Shown: positions 23,302-35,740, counted from the first letter of the whole stretch. The stretch: 52,934 nt of DNA, filler included, from Catajapyx aquilonaris (GCA_000934665.2; 3 parts of 3 records of this genome joined end to end with filler, not necessarily neighbours in it), one strand, 5' to 3'. The notes: generated from the sequence alone by a model not told the origin. Numbers and translations: made by a program.

Positions 23302-24221
23302 TTAAGTATAAATCATTTGTGACACCCAGTCTTCAAGTGGTAGAATCTTGTCGTTTCCAGAACCGTTGGAATTTCCGGAATTCTCTCCGTAAGATTCTGT
23401 AGAAAGAGAGAGTTTAAACAGTATATCATGTGTGTGTGTATATCAGATGAAGAATTTGTGTCTACGTTGCTTTACCTATGATGTTCTTCAATTTTGCCAC
23501 GCATGTCATAAAGTCAATGAAGTCCAACTTCTGGTCTCTTGTTGCGAACTTGTGCACAATTGCGTTCAGCACATCGTTGTTGATGCGAAATCCTGCTTCC
23601 CGAAGAGCTTCACGAAGTTCGGACACGTCCAAATTGCCAGATTTATCTATGTCGTGTTTCTCAAATGCATGCTGCCAAAGGAAATCAAAATATGAAGTAA
23701 CGCAATAGTTGCCATTAATATCAATTTAATACCTTCCACTTTTTAATCAGGCACCACAATACTTTAAATTCCTCATAATTGAGAGTTCCCGTCATGTCAG
23801 TATCCACCATGGCAATCAAGCTTCTGCAAAAGTCACGACTAAATCCACTGAAGGAAAAATCTAGACGGAATACGTAAAATACAGTTTTAGTATAATAGTA
23901 TCAGTATTTATAAAGTGTAGTAACAACACACACTTACGTAGGTTCATTGCTGCATAATGGGAAGAAAGAATGACCAGTTATGGTTGCGTTCTACTTATCT
24001 CTTACATTATACGGTAATTTATTTGTGAATAGCAAAAATGTACATATAAAAATAAATAATGATCTTTTATATTTGCAAACAAAGTAAAACAAATACTGGT
24101 ATATTAAAATATATTTATGATGCAAGAATACATGGCCCATCAACATCATGGTTTTAAAATGATCAACATAATATCCCGCTACATTTGCGTCACATTGAGA
24201 CAACGTACTTAGAAGTACGGT

Positions 24222-24273
<52 letters not shown>

Positions 24274-27200
24274 TTGTACCCCGTTCTCGGACCTTGGGCC
24301 ATTTTTAGGGGANTATTGGTCATTTTGTGAACTCCCCCGGGTGGATTAGTCTAGCGGAAATTTCCACCCGAGACGAAGCCAGAGATGGCCCAACTCTGCA
24401 CGAGATGAAGGGGGGAGCCCCGGGCTGGGATCGAACCCGGGACCTTAACATCCGTGGGCACGTGCGTTGCCGCAGCACCACTCCGCCTCCCTCTAGAAGT
24501 ACGGTTCTACGACCTATATCGTCTTGTATTGCAATAACACGCAACACAGACATGAACAAAATGCTGCACCGCTGGACAGTACACGCTCCTATGTCTGGAT
24601 ATCACGTTGAAAATAATATTCCGGTACTTAGAAAGGCGTGAATTTTTCCATTCGCGACAGTTAGTTTAATGATTTTAATATAAAAGACCATTATTTATTT
24701 CATTTCAAAAAGATTCATTCAAACCTCGCTTTCCCATGTGATCTAGAATGTCTTTAAGTTCACTCCAGTTGATTTCACGATCTATTCCTGCAATAGTTTC
24801 GAAGTAATATTCCATTTTTCTCTGCTCTTCTGCGTTGGTTTCAGAATCCTGAAGAAGAAAAGGAGAACAAGGCTATTTCAGCATCTTTTCTGGTCCTACT
24901 ATTAAGGTTAACAGTATTAGTTCGACAATAATAAGCAACAATTTGTGATCCATAATTTTGGAACTATGATTATAGTGCTATATTGACGAGAAAAGAAGAA
25001 AAAGACACTGTATTTGCTACTTTAAAACTCTCCTCCACACTTGTTTTACAAAATCATTTTAGGGGAAATCTCCGACTTTGTGGAGGCTTTTGAATACACA
25101 ACCAGCGATTTTCTTATTAAAATACTCTCCATTAATTGCATAAAGACAAAAAAAAGGCCAGTTATTTTATTTACAATTCTTGTCCTCAAATTCCAGAAAT
25201 TGGTTGCAGGTTTCACGGGCACTCTTGTAGTGGAGAAGTGTAGATAAGAAATTAAATTAATGAAAACAATCTGCCCTTATGATGCTGGATAAAATTACGT
25301 CTATCATCCTCCCGTGAAATTTTTCCCATAAACTGATAGTGAATGTAACTTGGTATTTTGATAGACCCGCCTTCATTTGAATCAAATGGTACAATATTTT
25401 AGCTACACTGGATTATTCCTTTGTACATATAAATTATTTTACAATTATTCATAAATAATAATCACACTGTGTATTCTTACCTGATTGTATGTGTTATCCA
25501 CCGTAATTTCTTCATCATTTGACCTGAGAAATTATCAATTAAAAAGTGCAATGCAGGGGCATATGCAATATCAACTTACTTCATGGAGTGTTTTTTTTCT
25601 GTGAACACTCTAAGAAGAAAGTCTCCTCCTTCTTCTGGTGTATCTATATGCGGTACTATGCAATATGTTCCTGGTCGGAGCTCCACTCGATGAGTGTTTT
25701 CCCTCATGTATGCGTTTTCAGCACGATAAACAGGTGTAGTGTTTTGGAAAAATTTGCAATCTAGGGGTTCTCCATGAAGATCTTTCATCTGCAAGAATGA
25801 GAACAACAGTGATGTTATCAGCAATCACTGCAAATAAAGCAAATAAAGTTTTAACGGCGTATATTTTATTATAAGAGTATGGCAAACAATTAGCAACACT
25901 GACCATGAATATCATAATTTCTGCGGATTAAACTAACATTGTACGTTAAGATTACATAGCAAAGCATGACTTCAAACTTACCTCAAATATATCAAAGCCT
26001 ATGCCAAGATATTCACCCTTCCCCTGTGTCATTAAATAGCGTCTATTTTTCTGTAGAATAGCCACAACTACGTCACACTTTCCTTCCTTATTGCCTTCAT
26101 CCTTTTCTTTTAGAGTAATGCAAAATCTAGGATTCGCACTGTACTGAGCTGAAAATAAATTCAATTGTTTGAACCCCATCGTACAGAAAATGTATTAGAC
26201 AATATGCCTTACGAAGTTCAGGTTCACATCCTCCTGAAGATACTCCGGGGACCCAAGAACTTTCAAAACAACTCAGCTTCCATTTTTTATGCGAACCGGA
26301 GCATTCTACTTCCGGTGAATCAGCACATAAGTGACAGACAGACACATCAGAAAAATGAGTGAGAAAATCACTCCAGCACATCCAGAATTCTCCGTCGTCA
26401 TTTTTGGTTAACTCTAATGCCTCTCTTTCTTCTTTGGAAATGTATTTCCACTCGGCAGACCTGTTTTACATGGGAACACAGCCATAATGTAAAATAGTGC
26501 ATTGTGTTAAACGACCAACCTAAAAAAATGGGATTTTTACAGCACATACTTGTCACTCCAAGCGCCTGTCCACTCGGATTCCCCCCAAGGATTTCTCAGA
26601 CGTAATAAACAGACTTCTCCCGATAGCCTGGGATGCCTCAACTTGGCTTTCTTGATTGCCGTCACGCTGTACGCATGATTTCCAAATAACCCAAAATGCT
26701 CTCTCTCATCTCTCTGTAATATAGACAAGTGACTTACATATTCGGTAAGCTTTGACAGCTAAAAAATACGATAATTGAAATAATATGAGTCATACGTCAA
26801 AGGAACATTCCAAAAATGAACCACTCTCGTACATCTTTAACAGCCTATTGAATGTCTTTGAATCTGCATCCGCAAGTTCCACCCATTCTGTTATTCCTCC
26901 AGTAAAGTCTTGAAGGGCTTCGTTAGTAAATCCTCCGTCTATCGCTTCATAGCATCCATGAAGCCTGGGAAAATAACATTTTGTAGGTTTCTGCTTGTAG
27001 GTCCTTCGGATATCTCAATTATTATGCTGTGTATTATACTTTGCAAACGCCTTCTCCAACAAAGGACTCCAGAACTCTTCGTTAGTCTGGGACTTCAAAT
27101 ACACCAACTCATTATCCTCGTTCACCATCAAACGATCATCTATTACCACATCAATCCAACGTCCATTTTGCCAAAATCTGTAACATTATGATTGATCATA

Positions 27201-29326
27201 TTAATAACATTACATTCCGGACGTACTACTACTCATCGGCCGTGACGTTGCAGTCACACATTATTTTCCTGCACGACCTGATGTAATGCAATGTAATCTT
27301 TTTGAAAAGTTGTGTTTTCTTACCGAAAGTGAAATATTCCGGCATAATTGTCAGAGAAACTCTGATCTGTGGGGACAACTTGGAAAAAGCGACGTTTGTT
27401 GAGAGTTAAATCTGCTATGGCTGCCAGCATCCAGCAATCACCTGTAGATTATTTACTGCTATCACTTGATGCAATATTATGGATCAGTTATATGTAGCCT
27501 ACATTAATAGTATAAAATGAGAAGTTGATTTTGGTCGTAAAAGCGGCCTTTGCCATATTTTCTCTATACTTTAACATACTCGCCTAAGTATCCCTGGTGT
27601 ATATCGAAGCGCGAGGCTCCATTACTAAAGAACGCAGGATTTTTTGTAAGATCCTGCAATAATAATCTCAGCAATTAACAAATAAATTCCATATAAATAA
27701 AAACGTTTATCACGTTACATACATGTGGTCTTTTCCAAACATATTCAAATTCAGGCTTTGTGTTGTAAAATACCGAAGCATCATCTGCCGGAAAGTTAGG
27801 GTCTTCAAAGAGCACTCCATCTTTCAAGCATTTGTCTCGCAATTGGTAGAAATCTTGTACTGAACCACGAGGTTTCAGGCCAGATCCAGGCTCTCCCAAC
27901 TGAAACGCGAATTTTCCATAGCAATATATTGCGTTTGCACTTATTTATATAACATGAGACTGCAGAGTAACTCCAACTGTAAGAATAGTTTGTACAGCAT
28001 TTTGGAATTGAGGCTTGGAGAGGTGATTTTTGACTTTTGATTCTGCTAGTGTTCGTAGTATTGGAAATATCAGAAGTATATATTTCAAAGACCTGCTATC
28101 AAAAGTTAAGAAAGAATGACAGACATGAAGGTCGTCGTACAAGATCGCTTCTTCTGCTTATGTTAACAAATTCAAAGTCACCGTTCGTCATTAAGCCTCA
28201 AGAGCAAAAATGTGTCACTATAACCACCCTATAAGTGCTCAGTTATTACCTTATATTCCTATCCATGCAATATTGTGTGCCGAGTTGACTCCTATCCACC
28301 TACTTAAGAGTAAAATATATTGTAACTTACATTGTATACATGCCAAGGTTTCCAGTCAGGTTTACTATCCTCCTTTTGGTCTTCTTCCACCTCTGCTGAT
28401 AAAATCCTTCGTGGAGCTGATGCCATTCTTCTTGGTGCTTTACTCTGTGCGGACAATCTTGTTTTCGGTTGATCTGAAGGCTTCCACTCGACAACGGTAG
28501 TAGCCTGTCTCCTGGAATTCTCCTGGTAGATGATCTGAGGCTTGTCTTGGCTAGTTCTTGGCAATAATGATGACTTCTGCCGACCGCCTTTGGGGGTTTC
28601 TGCACGTGGAAACCGACCAGGGCTTGTAGATGGAGTCCATTCAATTGTTTGAGTCACTGAGTCGCTTCTTCTCGGACTAGATTGGTGTATGATCATCTGA
28701 GATGGGGGTGACTGACGAAGTTTAGGTGGTGCCCGTCTTGGAGTTTTTGGCAAATACCGATGATTCTTTGGACTGTTTGATGGATTCCAGTCGACCAACT
28801 GCGTATTTGATGCTTGCCTCCTTGGATTTTCCTGGTAAATGACTTGCTGCTGTGTCTGACTTGTTTTGCTGCTTGTATTCATTGTTCTTGGCAATATTGA
28901 TGACTTCTGCCGACCGCCTTTGGATGTTTCTGTACGTGGAAACCGACCAGGGCTTGCAGATGGGGTCCAATCAATTGTTTGAGTCACGGAGTCGCTTCTT
29001 CTCGGACTAGATTGGTGTATGATCATCTGAGGTGGGGGTGACTGACGAAGTTTAGGCGGTGCCCGTCTTGGAGTTTTTGGCAAAGGCCGACGATCCTTTG
29101 GACTTTTTGATGGATTCCAGTCGACCAACTGCGTATTTGATGCTTGCCTCCTTGGATTTTCCTGGTAAATGACTTGCTGCTGTGTCTGACCTGTTTTGCT
29201 GCTTGTATTCATCTTCTTCTCGGGACTCGTTTTTGAGGGATTTCTTTTAGTTTGAATAGAAGGACTCCAGTTGATCACGCTGGTGGACAGTTTTGGAGCC
29301 CTCACCATTGAAGTTCTATCACCCAT
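23302..29326 (-). CDS. Classical calpain (insect calpain-A/B-like; CysPc + C2-like domain III + penta-EF-hand), multi-exon, ~1013-1017 aa
   Basis: Exons (minus): 29326-28331, 27899-27723, 27653-27584, 27441-27324, 27177-27040, 26964-26796, 26713-26550, 26460-26213, 26148-25982, 25788-25580, 25523-25481, 24848-24725, [23949-23938 microexon], 23860-23733, 23671-23476, 23396-23302 (TAA). All phases join into one open frame. Motifs: [29 protein letters not shown] (catalytic Cys), [40 protein letters not shown] (His), LRNPWG (Asn), [26 protein letters not shown] loops [12 protein letters not shown] and [12 protein letters not shown]. The start codon and first exon are less certain than the rest. 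Confidence 0.93.
23938..23949 (-). CDS. 12-nt frame-preserving microexon of the calpain (between EF-1 and EF-2)
   Basis: ttcttcccattatgcAG|CAATGAACCTAC|GTAAGT; phase 1-1; a 12-nt counterpart lies in the same intron of the PEF-only paralog. Confidence 0.7.
24223..24493 (-). mobile_element. tRNA-derived SINE, family 2, full length, in a calpain intron
   Basis: tRNA-like head with B-box, perfect (TAAA)n tail, 13-bp TSD TAGAAGTACGGTT at 24210-24222 and 24494-24506. Confidence 0.92.
28553..29212 (-). repeat. Coding tandem duplication, 2 x 330 bp (110 aa), in the calpain N-terminal exon
   Basis: MNTSSKT...KSSILPRT (29212-28883) and MNTSSKT...KSSLLPRT (28882-28553) are near-identical; each holds two ~55-aa subrepeats. 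Confidence 0.95.
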
Positions 29327-29653
29327 GATGTAGCTGGCTGCGTACAGGCGGATGTCCTGACTAGTCGTTAACAAGAAAGAGTGTGATGTTGTAGTGAAAG
29401 ATTACCTTCCGTGTGTGGTGATATTATTCGTTACAACATAGGAAGCGTGTCATATGTTATCCGGGAACGGTTTCCTGGGTTTCCTGTGTCTTTGAGTGTA
29501 GGCAAGCCGGGCAATGCTATAGGCTACTATAAAAATTACAATTTTTTGTTTTGATGCGGAATTGCTCTGCTAAAATATTTTATAACATCTGAAAGTAAAT
29601 GTTTGAAAGTATACCGACGTAATTATTAAACTACATGGGAAGAGCTGCCTAAC

Positions 29654-29704
29654 TGAAACGAACATATGAGGGGTGTGGACCACACCCCTCATATGTTCGT
29701 TTCA
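29654..29704. repeat. Perfect palindrome, 25-bp arms with 1-nt spacer
   Basis: TGAAACGAACATATGAGGGGTGTGG-A-CCACACCCCTCATATGTTCGTTTCA. Confidence 0.9.
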
Positions 29705-30166
29705 AAATTACAAAAATGGGTGGTTATCACCGTTTTCCACCACACCGACAAACACCGGCACTTTCCAACACAAATCCGATGGCCGCATGAGCCCCATGCA
29801 GCCGCTGAGAATCTAGAGGCGCTGAGAACTCAACCGCCAGGTACCAGCTATACGTACCTCCATCGCCTAGATTCTTTAAGTTTCCGTTCCACTTGCAAAT
29901 AAGGACGATGTATTTTACAAATAATAATAATAGCTATACTTTTACATTCATGGTCTACACAATGCATGTTATGGAAACATTTTTACTCGCATAGAAGTCC
30001 GTTAATTAATTTCCAAAAAGATCGCCGCACAGTATAGTATACCCGCTATATTTCCGCTTAGATATCCGCCTAGATTTTCCCTCCTGTTCAATGTACAAGT
30101 AAAATTAGGACCTCCACATTCTCAATGTATTTTCATAATAATGTATAATGTATAATGTATAATGTA

Positions 30167-31157
30167 CAGGGTGTCCCACTACTTCCCGAACCGGCAAAAT
30201 GGCGCATAACTGGTAAACCACTTCATGTAGGGCGATGAAATTTTACGGGGACATAGCTTGATCCATGAGAAAAACCGGCTGCAGCTGTTATTCACGACGT
30301 CGCATTGTTGGACCCGTATTCTTCAATTCAACAGTGACATCCTACGTGTACCTCTAGATTTTCGACACTTTCGTGCAGCAGTTGGGCGATGAAGAACTCG
30401 CATTGGGCTACTTTCAGCAGGACGGAGCAACATTGCCACACATCGAGGGTCAGCATGGCCGTTATCAATTCCTTCTACCCAGGCCGAGTCATTTCCAAGG
30501 AGATTTGGCCACCACGATCACCCGATTTAACTCCACCGGATTATTTCCTGTGGGGTTACCTAAAATGACATGTCTACAAAAACAAACCAAGAACTATCCC
30601 AGCACTGCAGGAAAATATCCGTTCCACAATTGAGGGGATAACTCCCGAGATGCTGGCCTGCACTTTCGCGAACATGGAGCGTCGTGTTCAGACCTGCTTG
30701 GACGCAAACGGGGGCCACTTTCAGCATCTTTTGACCTTCAGTAGGCCACGGATCCTACTCAGGACCCCAGAAACCCAAAACCCCACAGCAAACACTCACA
30801 GTTCGGTAAACTCCTTTCTTTTATTCTTCCACGAGCTCAGCAAATACACGTCCGTCCCCTTGGGCTCTTCTTGGCTCTCTCTCTTTGTCTCCCTTGCCTC
30901 CCGCTAGGCGGCCCCCCACACGGCCACCAACTGCCACTTTCCAAGGGAGCCAACCTAGGAGGCGCGGGTCATACAAACACGACCCCCCCGGGTGACCCGG
31001 AGGCCACCCAGCGGGGTCACCATGCCACAATCTTCTATGACAATATGTTACTTTCACAGACCAAGGTATGTATACCCGTAAAATTTCATCGCCCTACATC
31101 AAGTGGTTTACCAGTTGTGCGCCATTTTCCCGGTTCGGGAGGTAGTGGGACACCCTG
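30167..31157 (+). mobile_element. Internally deleted Tc1/mariner-superfamily element (rosa/maT-like) with transposase remnant
   Basis: TA|CAGGGTGTCCCACTAC... ~85-bp TIRs, TA TSD; frameshifted FQQDGA..H, WPPRSPDLTPPDYFLWGYLK, C-terminal GGHFQHLL. Confidence 0.92.
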
Positions 31158-31399
31158 TATAAGGTGTGGCATAATGCGGTCTACGTAGGTAATGTGTCAC
31201 GTAGTTTTCAATATTTTTTGCATTTGTTTGTTTTTTCACTTTGTAACGTTTGGACCTCCACATTCTCAACACCCCACAGACTTTAAGATGGGCCTAAAAC
31301 CCTAGTAGCATTGGCAAAAGCGCATTGGATACACGCAGAGTTCGGCTATAAGGATGATGGACCAAGAGACTGAGGAAGAACACCATAAGCATGTCTCCA

Positions 31400-32115
31400 C
31401 TCTATGAGAAACACGGCCATCAGTCGGAGATTAGCTCCATTTTCTTCAACTCACCTCCTAAATGCCGCTTTACACTACTCAGCAGACATGGACTATTCGT
31501 CTGTCGATGTTGTTGCAATTGGATCTATGTCGATCTGTTGCTCCATTGGAAAGGTTAGCCTTCCTCTACTGGCTGAGCCTCCACAGCTACTTAAAATGCT
31601 CCTCTTATAGGCACATCACCTGTTTCAAAACATTTCCTGTAGACCATCAGAAATTACAATTCGGCCTTCCAGATGACATCTTTTGGGGTCAACGTTGTTA
31701 GAGAAGGGGGCTTCATGCCTACATTCAAAGTGCAAGGCCAAATTTACCATCGCATGGGATCCCTCCTTCCTTCAGAAAATCAGAGTCCACGGTTTCTGCA
31801 GCTTTACTTCGTGGGGAAGATGCAACAGCAGGAGGAATACCGTTGCACCTACTTAAACGGCACACGCCTCGACATCATACTGCAACTTCAGGAGATGATC
31901 CTTTCCACTCACACGTTTACGTCAAAAGCTTCAAGCTTGCACTTGAGAGTCCTCCTCCAATTTGACTTGGTCATTGATGCAGACAAGCGACCACAAGGTG
32001 ATCATCATGGTCGATTCAATCAACCTTCTTGCAATGAGATTGCTGTCATCATGAGTGGTCAGGAGCATGGTAAGGGGGATTTTGTGTTGAAGCTTCGAGA
32101 CAACACGCTTCATCT
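31400..32115 (+). pseudogene. Helitron Rep N-terminal region remnant
   Basis: CCSIGKVSLP..EPPQLL, (frameshift) IRNYNSAFQMTSFG, FKVQGQIYHRMGSLLP...PRFLQLYF, GRFNQPSCNEIAVI. Confidence 0.88.
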
Positions 32116-33364
32116 ATGCAATTATGAACGTAATTGGCCATACCAAATATTGCATGTGCATCAAATCCAAAGAAACACACAATGGATGTCAGATTGTAAG
32201 CTCGTGGACATGTTTGGGACGGGATAAATGGCTCTAACACTATTCATGTACATTTTCATATAGATTCCACGTAACCCCTGGAGAATTGTTTTAAACCACA
32301 TTTTTAGTAATTATTTTTTTTAGACGTGCAGATACTGGTAATAACACTAGTCATGTAATTTTAAATTTTTGACGGATCATGTTAGCACGCAAAAAATTCT
32401 GAATTTTGATAGATAAAAGATTCTCAGCAACCTGTATTTTCACTTGTATATGACAACAAACTATAATATAGTCCACTATATTCGCCACTTTTACCATAGA
32501 GGTGTATTAAATTGCTAAATACTCGTATGTGCATTTGAATCAAAATAATCATGATTGGTCAATTTTTGAAGGTGACAGTACCATTATTCATAACATCATA
32601 GCATCCAGCTTTATCCCAAAAAGACGTGTGCAAGATTTTATATCGGATATCGGACCGGTTACGGAATGATGCATTACACAAGAGATCCATCTTCGCCGAA
32701 ATGTTATTTTCGTACCCCCTCGCTAACTCAATTTAATCTAGTAAAACTAATGAGTATCACTTTTTTATTTCAAAAAAAAATCTGTTAATGACTTGACACC
32801 CAATTATTGACCTGATGAAATGTAATCACCCAAAAAATGTAACATTGGATTTTGTCAAGGTGTATACACCTTGGATTTTGTGTAATTCAAGAAACTCGGA
32901 GTAGACTTGTGTGTTGTTCCATGAGAAAAAGTCTACTACTGTATAATCACTCTCACGTGATTTGCCAATCTTGTTTCAGATATGAATATATTCAAAGGTC
33001 TATGTGCTGTATTTTTAGAATTACAGTATTGCATCAAGTGCACCGGTTTTTAATAATTGGTATTTTGCCGCAGGTATTCATAAATGTTTTTGCAACACGA
33101 AGCAAAATACTGCACGGTCATGGTTCGGCAAAGTTTGTGCATTAATAGCAAACCCATTTCGTGAAATTAATAAATTTAAAGATCGGTGTTCTTTCTTATA
33201 CAGGGTGATCAAACTTTTTTGTCGTTTTAGTTATTGACAAATTCGGCCTAAGCTGCTTATATTGTAGCCCGTTAACCCCGTCCGGCGGGCCAATTCAAAC
33301 ATCAGCCCATGGAGAGCGCTTCCATTGTTGCCCACTGTTTACAAATCGAGTGAGTGACGTATAT

Positions 33365-34298
33365 GGGTGATTCTCCAAAAACTTACCAATACCATGTCCC
33401 AGCATAATAACTCAAAAATGGCTTGACTGAGAGAGTTGATTATTTAAACATTTGGAGAAGCACCTAGCCATCCCCATGAAAACAAAGAAAAATATTAAAT
33501 TAAGTTTTACTGCAAAAAATGTCAAAGGGCCTAAAATCACTATTCTTGGCATGTCCCGATCTCATTTTAAAGCATGCTATATTCTCTTACAATTCTATTA
33601 TTAACATTAGACAAGTTTCAATATACTATAATTAAATTGTACATAGTTGCAGGTATAAAACGACATTTTTAAAACGATTTATTCATTTGACATGACCTTG
33701 CTGCATCACTCCAAAGTGTGTCCCGAGTTTTCCCGGAGATAAAAAGTTCACACTCCTGGCTCATTTTTCTATGTCCCAAAATAGCTTAAATGTTTTGAAA
33801 TAACTATGATTCCATAGCATGAAGGGTCTTCTTGAACCCACAGAAATTTCCAGAGTCAACGTTTGTTCTGGACCGTGATATTAATCCTAATCGATCCTAA
33901 TGCATCCAAAGGTCAATTCTTCTGGCTCCCAAACTCCCGGAAATAAAAAGTTCACACTCCTGGCTCATTTTTCTATGTCACATAATAGCTTAAATGTTTT
34001 GAAATAACTGTGATCCCATGGAATGAAGGGTCTTCTTGAACCCACCGAAATCTCCATAGACAACGTTTGTTCTGGACCGTGATATTAATCCTATTGCATG
34101 CATAGGTCATTCTTCTGGCTCCCGAACTCCTGGAAATATTCACTCTCCTGGCATTAGAATATCATAATTAGTTCTCCATATTTTTCCCTGATTTGTGACC
34201 TCATATAGAGTAAGTGAGAATTTTTCCAGATTTTTAAAACAAGTTTTGAAATTCATTAATTCTTGCTTTGAAAATGGTAAGTTTTTGGAGAATCACCC
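33365..34298. mobile_element. Sola2-like non-autonomous element with internal ~204-bp tandem repeat
   Basis: ATAT|GGGTGATTCTCCAAAAACTTACCA ... TGGTAAGTTTTTGGAGAATCACCC|ATAT (24-bp TIR, 4-bp TSD); repeat units start ~33733, ~33937 and (partial) ~34130. Confidence 0.78.
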
Positions 34299-35165
34299 AT
34301 ATAGTATATATATATGGGTGACTATCAACTCTTATCACTTGAAGATATGCCAAGGTTGGGGAAAGGTGAAAAACACGAACAAGCAAAGGCAGGAAAGGAT
34401 GAGAAAGGAAGTGCTGAAAAACTACTGCATGATACATGGGAGTTTTCCGATACGTTGACAATTATTTCATCTTGTAATACTAATGTTGCTTCATATGAGT
34501 ACAATTATACTGTATATGGGGATCACTTTTTTATTTTTTTAAATTAGTTACCTGACAGTTTACACCCACTGCTTGACCTGATGAAATGTAATCACCCAAA
34601 AAATGTAACATTGGATTTTGGTTAATTCAAGAACTCGCAATTTTTATACACCCTATAAACTCCCTATAGACGCATTTTTTGTAATTATAAAATACAAGGG
34701 AAAAATAAGGTGTGTTTTCGAATCAGGTATAAAATAATCATTCTGTTTTCCACTATCTGACTACTTTAAAAGGGGGGGGGGGTGCGACTTAGATTGGAGT
34801 AAATACTGGATATGCAATGATTTAAATAAGAAATAGATTAATCACAGTCGTTTTCATGACTTATTTATTTTCCATATCTTGGCAGCAGAAGTTGGTGCAC
34901 CCCCACATCATTTAATCGTCGTAATTGAAAACGCATTCTGGATGACGGTCGATCCTGAAATATAATGCAATTTTCAATATTTATTAGTTTTGCTTTTCTG
35001 CAAACTTATATGCATTCCAAGAAAAAGCAGTTCCTACAGGGTTAATTGAGACGTTTACCCCACCTTGATATACAGGGTGTTTATTGTAACTCTGCAAAGA
35101 CTTTCAGGGGTAATAGAGGGGACCAAGACAAGTATTTTTGACATAGGAATCTGTGTCCGGAAACG

Positions 35166-35265
35166 NNNNNNNNNNNNNNNNNNNNNNNNNNNNNNNNNNN
35201 NNNNNNNNNTTAATTAATTAANNNNNNNNNNNNNNNNNNNNNNNNNNNNNNNNNNNNNNNNNNNN
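35166..35265. other. Assembly gap with artificial linker (44 N + TTAATTAATTAA + 44 N)
   Basis: Same construct as 17531-17630; truncates a TA|CAGGGTG mariner-type end starting ~35073. Confidence 0.95.
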
Positions 35266-35740
35266 GAATTACCTCAGGCTGAGGAAAACGCAAGGTTGAG
35301 GAGAAGGAAGGGGGGGAAAAAAACCATTGGGGGGGCGAAGATGGAAGTGGGTCACGCCACTCTTGAGAAGCAATCTGCACGGAAGAAAAGGTGCACACGG
35401 AAGAATCGGGTGCGGGTGCTGCCGGGATGTGTGCCAAACCGGCTTAAATATTGCATTGTTGAATTTACGTACAGAAGGCAAGTTGGAGGAGGAGGGGGGG
35501 GGGGGAATGATTTTCGATGTATGAGCGAAAACTGGTTGTGACAGCTCAATTTTATGCGCGAACTTGCTCACTTGCGACACTGACAAAACACTGATTGTAC
35601 AAACAACTAGTATTGCCAAAATTTGGCAACACTGCTTGGCCCACCCTCCAGCTTGAACGTAGTGCGACAGGCCTCTGTCAGTTGGCGCATATGCTCTCCC
35701 TCTGAACACTTCTGCCACTCTCAGGGGGAAAGTAGTACTA

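Noticed and set aside
26714..26758. Apparent extra calpain mini-exon plus a 24-nt GTAAGT...CAG intron
   Set aside because: Would need 37-nt and 24-nt introns; a single 82-nt intron 26795-26714 is more plausible.
32807..34620. 48-bp direct repeat (about 32807 and 34573) suggesting LTRs
   Set aside because: Too short, no PBS/PPT or gag/pol remnants; more likely fragments of a dispersed repeat.
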